The position numbers and the translations under genes are program-made. The notes beneath the pieces are model-generated. The model worked only from the letters and a program-made list of their open reading frames with translations, had not been told where the DNA came from and ran no database searches. Below are positions 31,438 to 42,239 of a stretch of DNA of 64,000 bases, one piece after another (position 1 is the stretch's first letter; every line of letters starts with the position of its first letter). The DNA is from an uncultured Nitrososphaerales archaeon. Its GTDB lineage: Archaea; Thermoproteota; Nitrososphaeria; Nitrososphaerales; Nitrososphaeraceae. The stretch lies in the NCBI GenBank assembly GCA_963695855.1, contig CAVOHZ010000010.1:1472001-1536000 (forward strand). The letters run 5' to 3'.

Positions 31438-31815
31438 ATGTACATAAAAAAGATTTTGACTTTGAGTATAATAATGACAAGCATGCTATTCACTGGTATT
31501 TTATCGAATCCAACAACGGTTGCGATCGCTCAGCAACAAGAATCAGTAACAATTACGCAGGGTGCAGCTGATGAAGGCAATCTCGAGCCATTTTTGCCAC
31601 GTGCAGTTAATGTTATGCCAGGAAGCATAGTTTCATGGACAAATGAGGATTCTATACCACACACGGTAACTGCTGGAGGAACTGGTGAACCACTATTTCA
31701 CTCAGGTCCTATTTCTCCTGGAATGACATGGGATAATCGGTTTGATTCTACAGGGACATTCGGTTATCATTGTTCGATACATCCATGGATGATGGGGAGG
31801 GTTATGGTTGGGTAA
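31438..31815 (+). CDS. Secreted cupredoxin (plastocyanin/azurin family)
   Basis: WTNEDSIPHTV and YHCSIHPWMMG type-1 Cu ligands. Confidence 0.93.
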   Translation: MYIKKILTLSIIMTSMLFTGILSNPTTVAIAQQQESVTITQGAADEGNLEPFLPRAVNVMPGSIVSWTNEDSIPHTVTAGGTGEPLFHSGPISPGMTWDNRFDSTGTFGYHCSIHPWMMGRVMVG

Positions 31816-32331
31816 TAATTAATCATTCTTTTTGCGCAAGTAATCTAATGCTTTATCCTTATTTTTTTAGGGTTTCAAGTTCCTGTTAATTTTCCTATTT
31901 TTTTGGATTCTATGTTAGACGTTTTATCCTTATCAATATGTTCCTTAATTGAGGATAACACTGGATTGAACTATAAAATCTTGCAAAAGCCGGGTATCGA
32001 TTAGATATGGACCAAGTTATCAAGATAAAGAACAAATCTATAGCAAGCTGTAAGAGGAAGTTAAAATAGTGAAACTCGACTCTATAATTTTAATGTTTAA
32101 CTATCTACTTTATTTTAATTAATTATTCTATTTTTTTTATTTTCAATATCTATGCATCCAAAATTAAGTGTCTAAAACTATTTGATTTAAGGTAATAGTA
32201 GTATTCCCACTGTTGAATAAGAGTAAAAGTCTAAGTTTATGTCTATATATGTTAACAAAATTAAAAATTGAAAATAATAAATTAATTGATTAATATATTA
32301 TTCTATGTTTTTGATGCATCTTCATTTGGAT

Positions 32332-33306
32332 TTAGTAGTGAAAGATGGTATCTCCAATAGTTTTTTTCCAATCAGAACGGATCCCTGGTCTTCCCTTCAA
32401 TTTTTCTACGTAGTTAAATGCAGATAAGCCAGCTGCAGCTCCATCTCCGCATGCAGCTACAATCTGTTTATATCGTATATTCGTCGCATCTCCAGCAGCA
32501 AATATCGCTGGATGTACAGTTTTTTCTCCGTCCATTATCTCTATCTCTCCTTTTGTGTTAATCTTGACCAAATGTTTCACAAAATCCAAATTTATTTTTG
32601 AACCCATTTCAATAAATAATCCATCTATACTGATGGTTTTTTCAGCTCCCATGCTATCCAGAAGAGTTATCTGCTGAATGGTATTATTTCCAGAGATTGA
32701 TTTAATAGATGTATTGGGAAACAATTCAACATTTTCTTTTTTTTCAATAGATGCTATCATATCTTTATCTCCTCCTAGTTTTCCTCCTCTGTAAATCAAA
32801 TAAACTTTAGACGCCATTCTTGAAAGTAATATACCTGATTCCAGTAGATAACCACCTACTCCAACTGCTGCAGTAACTCTTCCTTGATAAAATGGTCCAT
32901 CACATTTCGTACAATAATGTACACCTTTATTTGCTAACTTATTTTCATTTTCTAAACCTAAATTATTTGGGACCTTTCCTGGTGCTAGTACTACTGCTTT
33001 TGCTACATATTCTGAACGTATTGTTTTAATTTTTAAGCCATCTTCAAATTCATCAATTCTCTCTACGGTGTCATATGTTATTTCACCGCCAAAAGTTAGA
33101 AATTGATTTTCTAGAGTTCTTGCAAGCAACGGTCCGCTTGACATGATTGTGCCAGGATAGTTTTCAAGTTTTGGGATTAAATTAAGTTGACCTCCAAGAT
33201 CTTTTGATATTATTAAACAAGATGTTCTTTGTCTAGCAACAAAAATACCTGCAGACAAACCAGCAGGTCCTGCTCCAACCACCACTATTTCATATTCTTG
33301 AGTCAT
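32332..33306 (-). CDS. trxB: Thioredoxin reductase
   Basis: GAGPAG, CTKCDG, FAAGD. Confidence 0.92.
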   Translation of the reverse strand: MTQEYEIVVVGAGPAGLSAGIFVARQRTSCLIISKDLGGQLNLIPKLENYPGTIMSSGPLLARTLENQFLTFGGEITYDTVERIDEFEDGLKIKTIRSEYVAKAVVLAPGKVPNNLGLENENKLANKGVHYCTKCDGPFYQGRVTAAVGVGGYLLESGILLSRMASKVYLIYRGGKLGGDKDMIASIEKKENVELFPNTSIKSISGNNTIQQITLLDSMGAEKTISIDGLFIEMGSKINLDFVKHLVKINTKGEIEIMDGEKTVHPAIFAAGDATNIRYKQIVAACGDGAAAGLSAFNYVEKLKGRPGIRSDWKKTIGDTIFHY

Positions 33307-33310
33307 GTTA

Positions 33311-33541
33311 CTATGACACCGAGATTAACGTTGTAAGATTACTAATTCCATCAATACCGTGAAGATGCACATCTATTGAATTTTTCAACTCTTGCATATC
33401 AGATGATTCTAAAATTATTAAAACATCATAAATTCCATATGTTATTTTTACTGTTTTGACAGTAGGAATTTTCTTTACTTCTTCAATGAGTTTTTTTTGT
33501 TTTTTATAATCTACATTTAATAGAACATATGCTTCATTCAT
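33311..33541 (-). CDS. Lrp/AsnC ligand-binding domain protein
   Basis: AYVLLNV...TYGIYDVLI...TTLI. Confidence 0.88.
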   Translation of the reverse strand: MNEAYVLLNVDYKKQKKLIEEVKKIPTVKTVKITYGIYDVLIILESSDMQELKNSIDVHLHGIDGISNLTTLISVS

Positions 33542-33674
33542 CTAATTGTCTTTTATTTATTTTCTCTATTTCAACTTTGTCATCTTGGAGATTTATTTTT
33601 TACATTGTTCTGCATTGCATAACAAAATATTTTAATTATAAGAAGTTTGAAATAAAACAGCTCTTAATTTTTAA

Positions 33675-34058
33675 ATGGTAATAACTAAAAAGTATGTTTT
33701 ACACTTTGAAATAACTGAGAGTGGAGGATCTAATCTGGGAAAATAACAGTAAGATTAAAGATTGAAGTATTTTTAAACTTGAACTTGTTGATACTGTAAT
33801 TTCCTCAATTAAGAACATAGGATTTGAAACAACATTGTATGAGTGTAAAGGTGATGGAAAAGAGAAACAAAAAGTGAGAGCAGGGGGTAGTAGTCAGGTA
33901 ATAGAATTAGGGTATTGAACTAGATCAATCTCTGTAAGTATAGTTAATTGGTATAGACTTTCTGAATTATTGGACGAAATCAAAAAAACTAATACATATT
34001 TAATGCTAAAATAGGCGTGATAGCGATTTATCCGATGGATGCTTTAATGCATATGCAA
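33675..34058 (+). pseudogene. Degraded paralogue of the PII-like gene at 29935
   Basis: MVITKKYVLHFEI...ETTLYECKGDGKEKQKVRAG...KIGVIAIYPMDALMHM, with stops and frameshifts. Confidence 0.75.
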
Positions 34059-34405
34059 TTTTTTTGTAGAAAATAGATACTAAATATATCTCAAATTTAT
34101 TTTTAATATTAAGTCACTTGTCTAAATATACTATTTTTCGTTTTACTAATAGACCATCACTCGTAACAAAATAGATATTTCTTTTTCATTTACAAAACAT
34201 CAATCCTAAATAAGATTCTCTAGCACATATTGGTACTATTGGATATAATAATATAAAATAACTCATTATTGATCTAAAAGTTAGAAGGTCATTAATAATT
34301 AAATTGAACAGAATCTTTGTAGATACTTATCTTAATAAATTTTCATAGTATAATTTGTATTGTTTAATGCATAAATAATATAAAGATAAAGTTAATAGTT
34401 GATTT

Positions 34406-34720
34406 ATGGTAAAATTCATGGTAGGAAAAAAATCTGATCTTCCAGAAGGGAAGATGACCCATATAACTGCAGGGGGTAAAGAGATTCTTGTAGCTAACGT
34501 TGAGGGGGCTTATTATGCAATTGGTAATATCTGTACTCACGCAGGCGCAGAACTACATGAAGGTGAATTAGAAGGTAAAGAATTAAGATGTCCCTGGCAT
34601 GGTTCAAAATGGGACGTGACTAACGGGAATCTTATATGGTTTCCACAGAACCTGAAATCGGTTGGTTCATATCCTACAAGTATAGAAAATGATACAATTT
34701 ATGTAGATGTAGAAGTCTAG
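34406..34720 (+). CDS. Rieske [2Fe-2S] ferredoxin
   Basis: CTH...CPWHGS. Confidence 0.95.
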   Translation: MVKFMVGKKSDLPEGKMTHITAGGKEILVANVEGAYYAIGNICTHAGAELHEGELEGKELRCPWHGSKWDVTNGNLIWFPQNLKSVGSYPTSIENDTIYVDVEV

Positions 34721-34804
34721 GGTATCATTATATTTTAGAACCTTCTTCATTTTTATTCTGGAGATATAATATCAGTTTATATATCATTTTTTTTCAATCG
34801 TTCT

Positions 34805-35344
34805 ATGGAAATTCTACAAGAAAGAGATCTAGCTAGATATCTTTTTAATCAGTATACAATTAATCCTAAAAACTGGAATTTTATTATCTCAACATCACCT
34901 ATTCGTAATTCTTTCTTTGATGCTTTAATCTCAAATTCTAATGAAGTGTGGCAATTAAAGATAGACTCACTCTACAAACCAAACCCTATGATTATGGGCG
35001 CAAAGGTTGATAACGATCCTTCAAAGCTTGAAAAGAAGATAAGTAATAGATCTCATTTTGGATATAGAAGTCTTGAGACAAGTACAATTATGAATTTTCT
35101 TAAAAATCTATCAGAAGAACAAAATAATAATTCTGTAAAAGACGATGACATCAATATACGTCTTCATTCTTTGTTGTCATCATTGGAACCGGTTAAACCT
35201 ATCAGGGGGAAAAACTACTTATGCGGCCCATTCATTTTTACAGAAAAAAAACTTAAATTCGATAATAATCATGATAAAATATCAGAAACGATCTCCTCTA
35301 AAATGAAAGAAAAGTTAAGAAGAAAATATTCTTCTTATGGCTAG
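34805..35344 (+). CDS. Hypothetical protein
   Basis: 179-aa ORF. Confidence 0.75.
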   Translation: MEILQERDLARYLFNQYTINPKNWNFIISTSPIRNSFFDALISNSNEVWQLKIDSLYKPNPMIMGAKVDNDPSKLEKKISNRSHFGYRSLETSTIMNFLKNLSEEQNNNSVKDDDINIRLHSLLSSLEPVKPIRGKNYLCGPFIFTEKKLKFDNNHDKISETISSKMKEKLRRKYSSYG

Positions 35345-35389
35345 TCATTATACATATTTTCTGTGAACTCATTTTCTCTTTTTAAATTA

Positions 35390-36010
35390 TTAGGTTTCAT
35401 TTAACAATTTTCTATTTTGTCTCCATTTCATCAACAGGTATGTAATTGTTAGCAATATTCCAGCCAGTAAAATTGTTGTTATATCTTGTTTATTAATATG
35501 AAATGAACAAATGGAATCTTCAGAATAACAACTTAAACTAAAAAATAATATATTCCATATTGAATGAGCCGTTATTGCAAACCATCCCTTTCTACTTATC
35601 CATGTTCTTAGGCTATAGAATAATGATGGTATTACAAATAACCAGTTGGCATATGCTAATTGATTTATGTCTGTGGGAAATGTATTAATAATATGTAACA
35701 TAGCCCAGATTATTCCTCCTGCCAAAGTCACTACATTATTCCCAAATAAATAAAATGGAATTCCAAAAAAAAGTGACTCCTCAATCGGACCTGCCATAAT
35801 AACCGGAATCAATGAATGAGGGATAGATGATTCTTCATAATCAAAGATATTATCTATAATAGATGTTCCTATTAATAAGCCAATTATTCCTATACCATGA
35901 TAAAAAAGGAACATCAAAGTCAAGTATCCTGCCGATGTATTTTGATAAATCGATGTCCAATTTCTTGGATTGATATCTTGATAGAAGGTATATATAAATT
36001 TGTTAAGCAT
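35390..36010 (-). CDS. CPBP (CAAX/Abi) intramembrane metalloprotease
   Basis: PIEESLFF, WAMLH, AHSIWN. Confidence 0.88.
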   Translation of the reverse strand: MLNKFIYTFYQDINPRNWTSIYQNTSAGYLTLMFLFYHGIGIIGLLIGTSIIDNIFDYEESSIPHSLIPVIMAGPIEESLFFGIPFYLFGNNVVTLAGGIIWAMLHIINTFPTDINQLAYANWLFVIPSLFYSLRTWISRKGWFAITAHSIWNILFFSLSCYSEDSICSFHINKQDITTILLAGILLTITYLLMKWRQNRKLLNET

Positions 36011-36133
36011 GATCTTGATAAATCTTGAAATTAATTACCTATATAAAATTTCAAGATATACTAGTATCTCCTAAGCATTACTATCATGAATTTAATCGAT
36101 AAATATAACAATAATTTATTATATGTATATAAA

Positions 36134-36349
36134 ATGAAATATCTTGTTACAGTTAGTTTTAACTCTTCACATTTTTTTCATGTAGAAAATAATGAGATCA
36201 AAATTTCATTAAAATCTAAACCAGAATTAGGAAAGGCAAATAGAGAATTAATAAAGTCATTATCAGAACACTTCAACGTCTCTACCAATAAAATAAAAAT
36301 ATTATCAGGATTCTCTACAAGGAATAAAGTAGTGGAGATTTTATTCTAA
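36134..36349 (+). CDS. DUF167/YggU family protein
   Basis: KPELGKANRELI...ILSGFSTRNKVV. Confidence 0.88.
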   Translation: MKYLVTVSFNSSHFFHVENNEIKISLKSKPELGKANRELIKSLSEHFNVSTNKIKILSGFSTRNKVVEILF

Positions 36350-36431
36350 TCAAATAATTCCGTATCTACATTTTAATTATTTGAATACAATTAGAAACAA
36401 AGTAAATTATAACTGTTAATTGAGCCTCTAA

Positions 36432-36857
36432 TTGGCAATGAAATCAATTACAAGATATTTGACTTTGAACACATCAAAAAGAATGGAATTGATAAATATT
36501 ACATCGCAAGTAAGAAAGGCTGTTGAAGAAAGTCAAGTCAAGGAAGGATTGTGTCTTGTAAATGCAATGCATATTTCTGCTAGTGTTTTCATTAACGATA
36601 ATGAAAACGGACTTCATTATGATTTTGAAAAATGGTTAGAAAAATTGGCACCTCATAATCCAATTGAACAATATAAGCATAATGATACAGGAGAAGATAA
36701 TGCTGACGCACATTTAAAACGCCAGGTAATGGGACGTGAAGTAGTTGTAGCAATTACAAGTGGAAAACTAGATTTTGGTCCTTGGGAACAAATTTTCTAT
36801 GGCGAGTTTGATGGACAGAGACCAAAAAGAGTATTAATCAAAGTATTGGGCGAATAA
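36432..36857 (+). CDS. yjbQ: YjbQ/UPF0047 family protein
   Basis: [25 protein letters not shown]. Confidence 0.93.
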   Translation: MAMKSITRYLTLNTSKRMELINITSQVRKAVEESQVKEGLCLVNAMHISASVFINDNENGLHYDFEKWLEKLAPHNPIEQYKHNDTGEDNADAHLKRQVMGREVVVAITSGKLDFGPWEQIFYGEFDGQRPKRVLIKVLGE

Positions 36858-37317
36858 AAGATTGTGAAATCTATTAAATTATTTTTATTCAATTTTGATA
36901 GAAAAAAATTGAACGTGGAAATCATATATTTTTATAGTATAATATACACAAAAAATAATTTGTTAATTTTTGATATATGTTAATTTTTGGTGATGTTAAT
37001 ACTTCTAGTAAATGATTCTAGGTATTTATTTTCAAATTTTAGGTGCTTTAACAAATACAAGTATATTAATTGTTATTTGATCAGATTTATTGGGAATGCT
37101 TATCTTTCTGTTCTCAATTTGCTGTAATTTATATATTTTATATCTTCATGTACAACTTAGACTTCATAATTTGTTTTAATTGGCATTTTCTATGCTGATT
37201 TTTAAGTATTTATCATATCATATGATCTGATCGTTTCTGTTTCTCGTTTAACACTTTGGTATTTGTTTTTCTATTACCCAAGATCGACTGTGCATTTATT
37301 CAGAATTCAATTTGTAT

Positions 37318-37590
37318 CTATGAATCAAATTCATTTCTTGGAATTTCATTTTTATCTAAAAGTAATTTTCTAAAATCTTTACTTATTGACGCCCTTTCCC
37401 AAAATCTTGTTTGATTGTTTTCAGTTTTTTTTATCCATATTATATTTCCATCAAGATCAACTTCTATTATCTTTGATCTGACAAGATACTTGAAAATTGT
37501 ATTTACCTTTATGGAGTTTAAATTACCTCTCAAGATTTTTTGAAGATCTCTGACCTTAGTGTATTCTTTTGATTGCTGTATTGTATTCAA
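37318..37590 (-). CDS. Hypothetical protein, winged-helix-like
   Basis: IFKYLVRSKIIEVDLDGNIIW; start position uncertain. Confidence 0.6.
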   Translation of the reverse strand: MNTIQQSKEYTKVRDLQKILRGNLNSIKVNTIFKYLVRSKIIEVDLDGNIIWIKKTENNQTRFWERASISKDFRKLLLDKNEIPRNEFDS

Positions 37591-37789
37591 GAATAGAGTA
37601 ATATCTTCTTGTTTAATCTCATTTACTGGATCCTTTTTATTTATTTTCCTATTTTTTATATTATCATAATTTGTGATGTCATTATAAAATCCTATTGAAA
37701 AGTTGTTATTCTTGATGATGTTTATATTTCAAATATCTCGATAGATAATATAATTAATTCAAATTACTAGAAAATAATATTAAAGATTT

Positions 37790-38095
37790 TTAAGGTTAGA
37801 TTCCATATTATTTGCCAACCATTCGTAGTATTTTCTCTGTTTTCCAATTTATTCGAACTTGTCATTTTCAATTCTTTCTAACACATTATTTATATTGTGT
37901 GATTGTGCGGATAATAGAGTATCTGCCATAACGAACAGTCTTAGATTTTCTTTCATCAAATGACTAGAAACATGGTTTAAATAATTTTGGATATTCTCAA
38001 TCAATTTATTCGGGTCGTCATTCTGTATGTATTCTATCATTGAGGATTCTATTTTTTCTGCTATTTTGATAGTCAATTCATGTTCAAATAATTTT
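37790..38095 (-). pseudogene. C-terminal half of a hemerythrin-domain protein
   Basis: FEHEL...HVSSHLMKENLRLFVMA; internal stop at 37849; 5' half absent. Confidence 0.7.
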
Positions 38096-38126
38096 GAAAA
38101 CTAAAAATAATACCTCACGAGTTAAC

Positions 38127-38931
38127 TAATAACTTTAACACTAACAACAAATACAAAAAAATAAAAAAAGAGTGGATTGAAGTCTTTTTTTCTATGGAAT
38201 GGATCTGCTGTACAGTTTTCCTTCCAATGCTAGCTTGTACATCTCTGCTACATACGGGTTCTTTCCTGGTGTTTCAGCACCAAGTTCTACTAGACGTGCA
38301 TATACTCTTACTACATAAGCAAGAGCACCCATGAAAGCCACAACGACTCCCATGTTAAACATCCAGTGGTTAGGAACAGAAAATATTTCTTCTACGAACC
38401 AGAAGTGCCACATTTCGTTGATACCAATGGTAAACATTGTAGCCAAGTAACCAATTATGGTTATCTTTAATCCTGTATTCATAGAATTGTTTGGACCTCT
38501 CAGGACAGGAACTCTTCTGTCGTACATTGCGACAAATCCCCATCCTAATGGTAATGCAATAAAGTGACTGTATAACCACCAATGAGCTGGTGTGAATGCA
38601 CTATCCCTAATAGCTGTCTGATGTAAAGAACCATCAACGAAGTTATCAACTTCTACTGATGCAGCGATAGAACCTAACATAATGACCATTATGTAGATCT
38701 TTTTCAGTCTTTGAATTTCTACTTCTTTTGGTATTAGAGCGGGCATCTGAGCCATATCGATTTGATCACTCTTTACTTCTTGAAAGTATAATTTAAACAT
38801 GTATCGGAAAAAACAACGAGTAAAAATGTAAAATATAGACAAAAATAAAATAAAATTGTAAAATTTTTAATTTTATAGAATATAAAGTATAGATTTTAAT
38901 ACGGAGCTCTGCTTATCACTAATGCTTATCA
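38127..38931. repeat. 805-bp inverted duplication containing amoC, partner 42064-42868
   Basis: Reverse-complement identity read from end to end; the two translations are identical. Confidence 0.95.
38192..38755 (-). CDS. amoC: Ammonia monooxygenase subunit C
   Basis: MAQMPALIPKEVEIQRLKK...DGSLHQTAIRDSAFTPAH...NEMWHFWFVEE; 187 aa. Confidence 0.98.
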   Translation of the reverse strand: MAQMPALIPKEVEIQRLKKIYIMVIMLGSIAASVEVDNFVDGSLHQTAIRDSAFTPAHWWLYSHFIALPLGWGFVAMYDRRVPVLRGPNNSMNTGLKITIIGYLATMFTIGINEMWHFWFVEEIFSVPNHWMFNMGVVVAFMGALAYVVRVYARLVELGAETPGKNPYVAEMYKLALEGKLYSRSIP

Positions 38932-39052
38932 TTACTGATGATCAACATGCAAATTTCCTTCATTCAATAATATTGCTTATTGATTTAAAGCTCCTGTATT
39001 TATTACCTTATGTTATAAAATTTTAGATTGGAATTACTTTTATATTCAAATA

Positions 39053-40651
39053 TTAATAACCCAGATTCTTAAGAATGCCTTCTCGGTCAATATTTCTAAC
39101 ATGAATTTTTCCTGATTTAGAAACATAATCTGGTATTCCTATTCCAGCAGCTAAAATAGGAGTTCTATTTATTGAATGTGGCAGAAAAAAGTTTGTCACT
39201 TCATCATCATAAAAAGTAGAACCAGATGCACCTAATCCTTGTGCATAAGCAGCAAGATATATCTTTCCTAATCGTATTCCACCTTCCAATTGTACGGCTC
39301 TATATCCTCTATTACCTAACTTTTTCAATATTTTATTTATATCAGCCAAAATGAAACAAACAGTACTTGCATCAAAGAGAAGTTTTTGATCTAAACATAG
39401 ATGTTCAGAAGCTGTTCTAAAATCACCAGTTTCAAGTTCATTAAGGGTATTATTAATTTTATCATAGAAATAACTACCCGATTTAATGCCTTCGACAGCA
39501 TTAACAATTAGATAAATATCTATCAAACTATCATCATGTTGAATAAAATCAAATGGAATATTTTTATTTGCAAGGTATAGGATTTTTTCTAGTTGTGATT
39601 GTGTTATTGGTTTCTGAGAAAATTTTCTAGTTGAACCTCTTTGCAAAATCACCTTATATAATGGAGGTCCTGTTTCAAGATTTTCTCTTACAAGACTAAT
39701 TTTATCAGGTTTCTTAGAATATCTTACTGTTTTTAAAATTTCAACCCATTTTTTTACATCATTTTCATATTCTAAATAAGAACCTTCGTGTACCTTCCAT
39801 ATTTGTGGAAAGTTAAGTTCTCCATATCTAGAAATTGGAATGGTATCAAATTTTACATCTAGATTTTCTATATATTTGTTAGAGATTTCTTTTTCCTCTA
39901 TTGTACCTACACCCAATGGAGATAACACAATTGCTGCCTCTTTTCGAGCTGGTAGCGAAATTATTTTGTTGACTAGATCATCTTGAAAACCCACGATGAT
40001 CTCAGTTAATAAAGAATTTGCGTTACACAGAGATAGATAATTGGATATTATTGTTCCAACATCCCAGAACCAATGTCGATATGATCTGTCTTGGTATTTC
40101 CATGAATTTCTCCAAGAAATAGAAGTAAAAATAAGAGTTACAGGAGACGTAATTATTTTTTCATTGTTTCCACAAGCATGATACAGAGTGGATCTATAAT
40201 CACCGCTATGTAATTTGGTTAATGTAAAATCTCCAGGACAAAAATGATATATTCCATCTTCTAGGTCACGTATATGCGTACATGCTAAATAAATTTCAAT
40301 TGGATATAAAGCCCCTGTAGCTGATGCAGATCTCATGTAATAAATTGAATTATTAGTCTTCATTATCCGCGTAATTCCTGCTGAAAGGAATAAAATTTGC
40401 GAAATTCTCATTAAATCTAGTTCATTAGAGGACATATTAGAAAAATTTTGTTCGTTTTGTAAACATGTAATAACGTCATTATCCGCAAGAGGAAAATTGG
40501 ATGGTAAATATAATAAATCTAAATTATTAAAAAATTTAAAGGGTGAAGGTTTATTCTCCCAGTCCAAAAAATGAATGTTTGAATATACAGTAGATGGAGA
40601 ATGTTTCGTAATCTGATGATATTCTTTTGCAATACCGATTTTATTATTCAA
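39053..40651 (-). CDS. SagB/ThcOx-family FMN-dependent oxidoreductase (tandem nitroreductase domains)
   Basis: RSASATGALYPIEIY, WKYQDRSYR, RGSTRKF, RGYRAVQLEGG. Confidence 0.9.
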   Translation of the reverse strand: MNNKIGIAKEYHQITKHSPSTVYSNIHFLDWENKPSPFKFFNNLDLLYLPSNFPLADNDVITCLQNEQNFSNMSSNELDLMRISQILFLSAGITRIMKTNNSIYYMRSASATGALYPIEIYLACTHIRDLEDGIYHFCPGDFTLTKLHSGDYRSTLYHACGNNEKIITSPVTLIFTSISWRNSWKYQDRSYRHWFWDVGTIISNYLSLCNANSLLTEIIVGFQDDLVNKIISLPARKEAAIVLSPLGVGTIEEKEISNKYIENLDVKFDTIPISRYGELNFPQIWKVHEGSYLEYENDVKKWVEILKTVRYSKKPDKISLVRENLETGPPLYKVILQRGSTRKFSQKPITQSQLEKILYLANKNIPFDFIQHDDSLIDIYLIVNAVEGIKSGSYFYDKINNTLNELETGDFRTASEHLCLDQKLLFDASTVCFILADINKILKKLGNRGYRAVQLEGGIRLGKIYLAAYAQGLGASGSTFYDDEVTNFFLPHSINRTPILAAGIGIPDYVSKSGKIHVRNIDREGILKNLGY

Positions 40652-40702
40652 AGGTATATATAATTAAAATTAAAATTTAAAATAATTTTTTAAAAAATTA
40701 TT

Positions 40703-41719
40703 TTATTTGAATAACCCACCAATGCCACCAAATATTTGATCTAAAATGTTCTTTCCTTTTTCTTGAGCTCCTTCAGTAACATTCTTTGCTCCTTCACTAA
40801 TTACTTGACCTGCTTGTTCAGCTCCTTCAGTAACATTCTTTGCTCCTTCACTAATTACTTGACCTGCTTGTTCAGCTCCTTCAGTAACATTCTTTGCTCC
40901 TTCACTAATTACTTGACCTGCTTGTTCAGCTCCTTCAGTAACATTCTTTGCTCCTTCACTAATTACTTGACCTGCTTGTTCAGCTCCTTCAGTAACATTC
41001 TTTGCTCCTTCACTAATTACTTGACCTGCTTGTTCAGCTCCTTCAGTAACATTCTTTGCTCCTTCACTAATTACTTGACCTGCTTGTTCAGCTCCTTCAG
41101 TAACATTCTTTGCTCCTTCACTAATTACTTGACCTGCTTGTTCAGCTCCTTGTTCAGCTCCTTCAGTAACATTCTTTGCTCCTTCACTAATTACTTGACC
41201 TGCTTGTTCAGCTCCTTGTTCAGCTCCTTCAGTAACATTCTTTGCTCCTTCACTAATTACTTGACCTGCTTGTTCAGCTCCTTCAGTAACATTCTTTGCT
41301 CCTTCACTAATTACTTGACCTGCTTGTTCAGCTCCTTCAGTAACATTCTTTGCTCCTTCACTAATTACTTGACCTGCTTGTTCAGCTCCTTCAGTAACAT
41401 TCTTTGCTCCTTCACTAATTACTTGACCTGCTTGTTCAGCTCCTTCAGTAACATTCCCCGTTCCTTCAGTAATTATGCTTTCTGCCTGTTGAGCTGCTCC
41501 TGTCGCAGCAGATTGAGCTCCCTTAGTAATTACGCTTTCTGCCTGTTGAGCTGATGACGTTGCATTTTCTACTAAACTTTCAGCTTCATTCTTTATCCCT
41601 AAATTTTTTTCCAGTATTTCATTAGTAGTGTTTTGCGCAAAAGCTATATGAGAAATTGGTGCTACCAATACCGCAAGAGTTACGATCAAAAGTGTTGAAA
41701 ATATAGTTTTATCTTTCAT
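40703..41719 (-). CDS. Secreted repeat protein (LEA-like amphipathic 18-aa repeats)
   Basis: Signal peptide; 12 x GAEQAGQVISEGAKNVTE. Confidence 0.88.
   Translation of the reverse strand: MKDKTIFSTLLIVTLAVLVAPISHIAFAQNTTNEILEKNLGIKNEAESLVENATSSAQQAESVITKGAQSAATGAAQQAESIITEGTGNVTEGAEQAGQVISEGAKNVTEGAEQAGQVISEGAKNVTEGAEQAGQVISEGAKNVTEGAEQAGQVISEGAKNVTEGAEQGAEQAGQVISEGAKNVTEGAEQGAEQAGQVISEGAKNVTEGAEQAGQVISEGAKNVTEGAEQAGQVISEGAKNVTEGAEQAGQVISEGAKNVTEGAEQAGQVISEGAKNVTEGAEQAGQVISEGAKNVTEGAEQAGQVISEGAKNVTEGAQEKGKNILDQIFGGIGGLFK
40767..41456. repeat. Coding tandem repeat, 12 x 54 bp, two units with an extra 12 bp
   Basis: Read directly. Confidence 0.95.
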
Positions 41720-42063
41720 AAAAAAAATACAATAAATAATATTATTTATCTCTTTCCAGAGATAAAATACAAGTTTGTTATATGAAATTAAAAAAACGAT
41801 CGGTTATAATCAATGCATTTAGTGAGCTGTATTTTTGTCTTGTTTCATATGGTTACTTATAAAACGGAAATAGTTTCGATATAAATTTTATCGAAAATAG
41901 CTGTAAAATTTACTAAATTATCTGACTATAAAAACTAGCATTACTAGTACTTTTATAACGAATTATAAAAATGAGCTTATTATATTGGAAAATTAAAATT
42001 TATAATTAATAAATACGCTACTTATTCTATAAATAATATGTTGGTATGGCTGCTAATCGTCCG

Positions 42064-42085
42064 TGATAAGCATTAGTGATAAGCA
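42064..42085 (+). promoter_or_regulatory. Direct repeat TGATAAGCA-N4-TGATAAGCA upstream of amoC
   Basis: Present in both amoC copies at the edge of the duplicated unit. Confidence 0.4.
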
Positions 42086-42239
42086 GAGCTCCGTATTAAA
42101 ATCTATACTTTATATTCTATAAAATTAAAAATTTTACAATTTTATTTTATTTTTGTCTATATTTTACATTTTTACTCGTTGTTTTTTCCGATACATGTTT
42201 AAATTATACTTTCAAGAAGTAAAGAGTGATCAAATCGAT

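Noticed and set aside
40763-41554. 263-aa plus-strand repeat ORF
   Set aside because: Antisense shadow of the signal-peptide-bearing repeat protein.
42153-42239. 29-aa N-terminal extension of AmoC in the ORF track (both copies)
   Set aside because: Archaeal AmoC starts at MAQMPAL; the extension covers the AT-rich promoter region.
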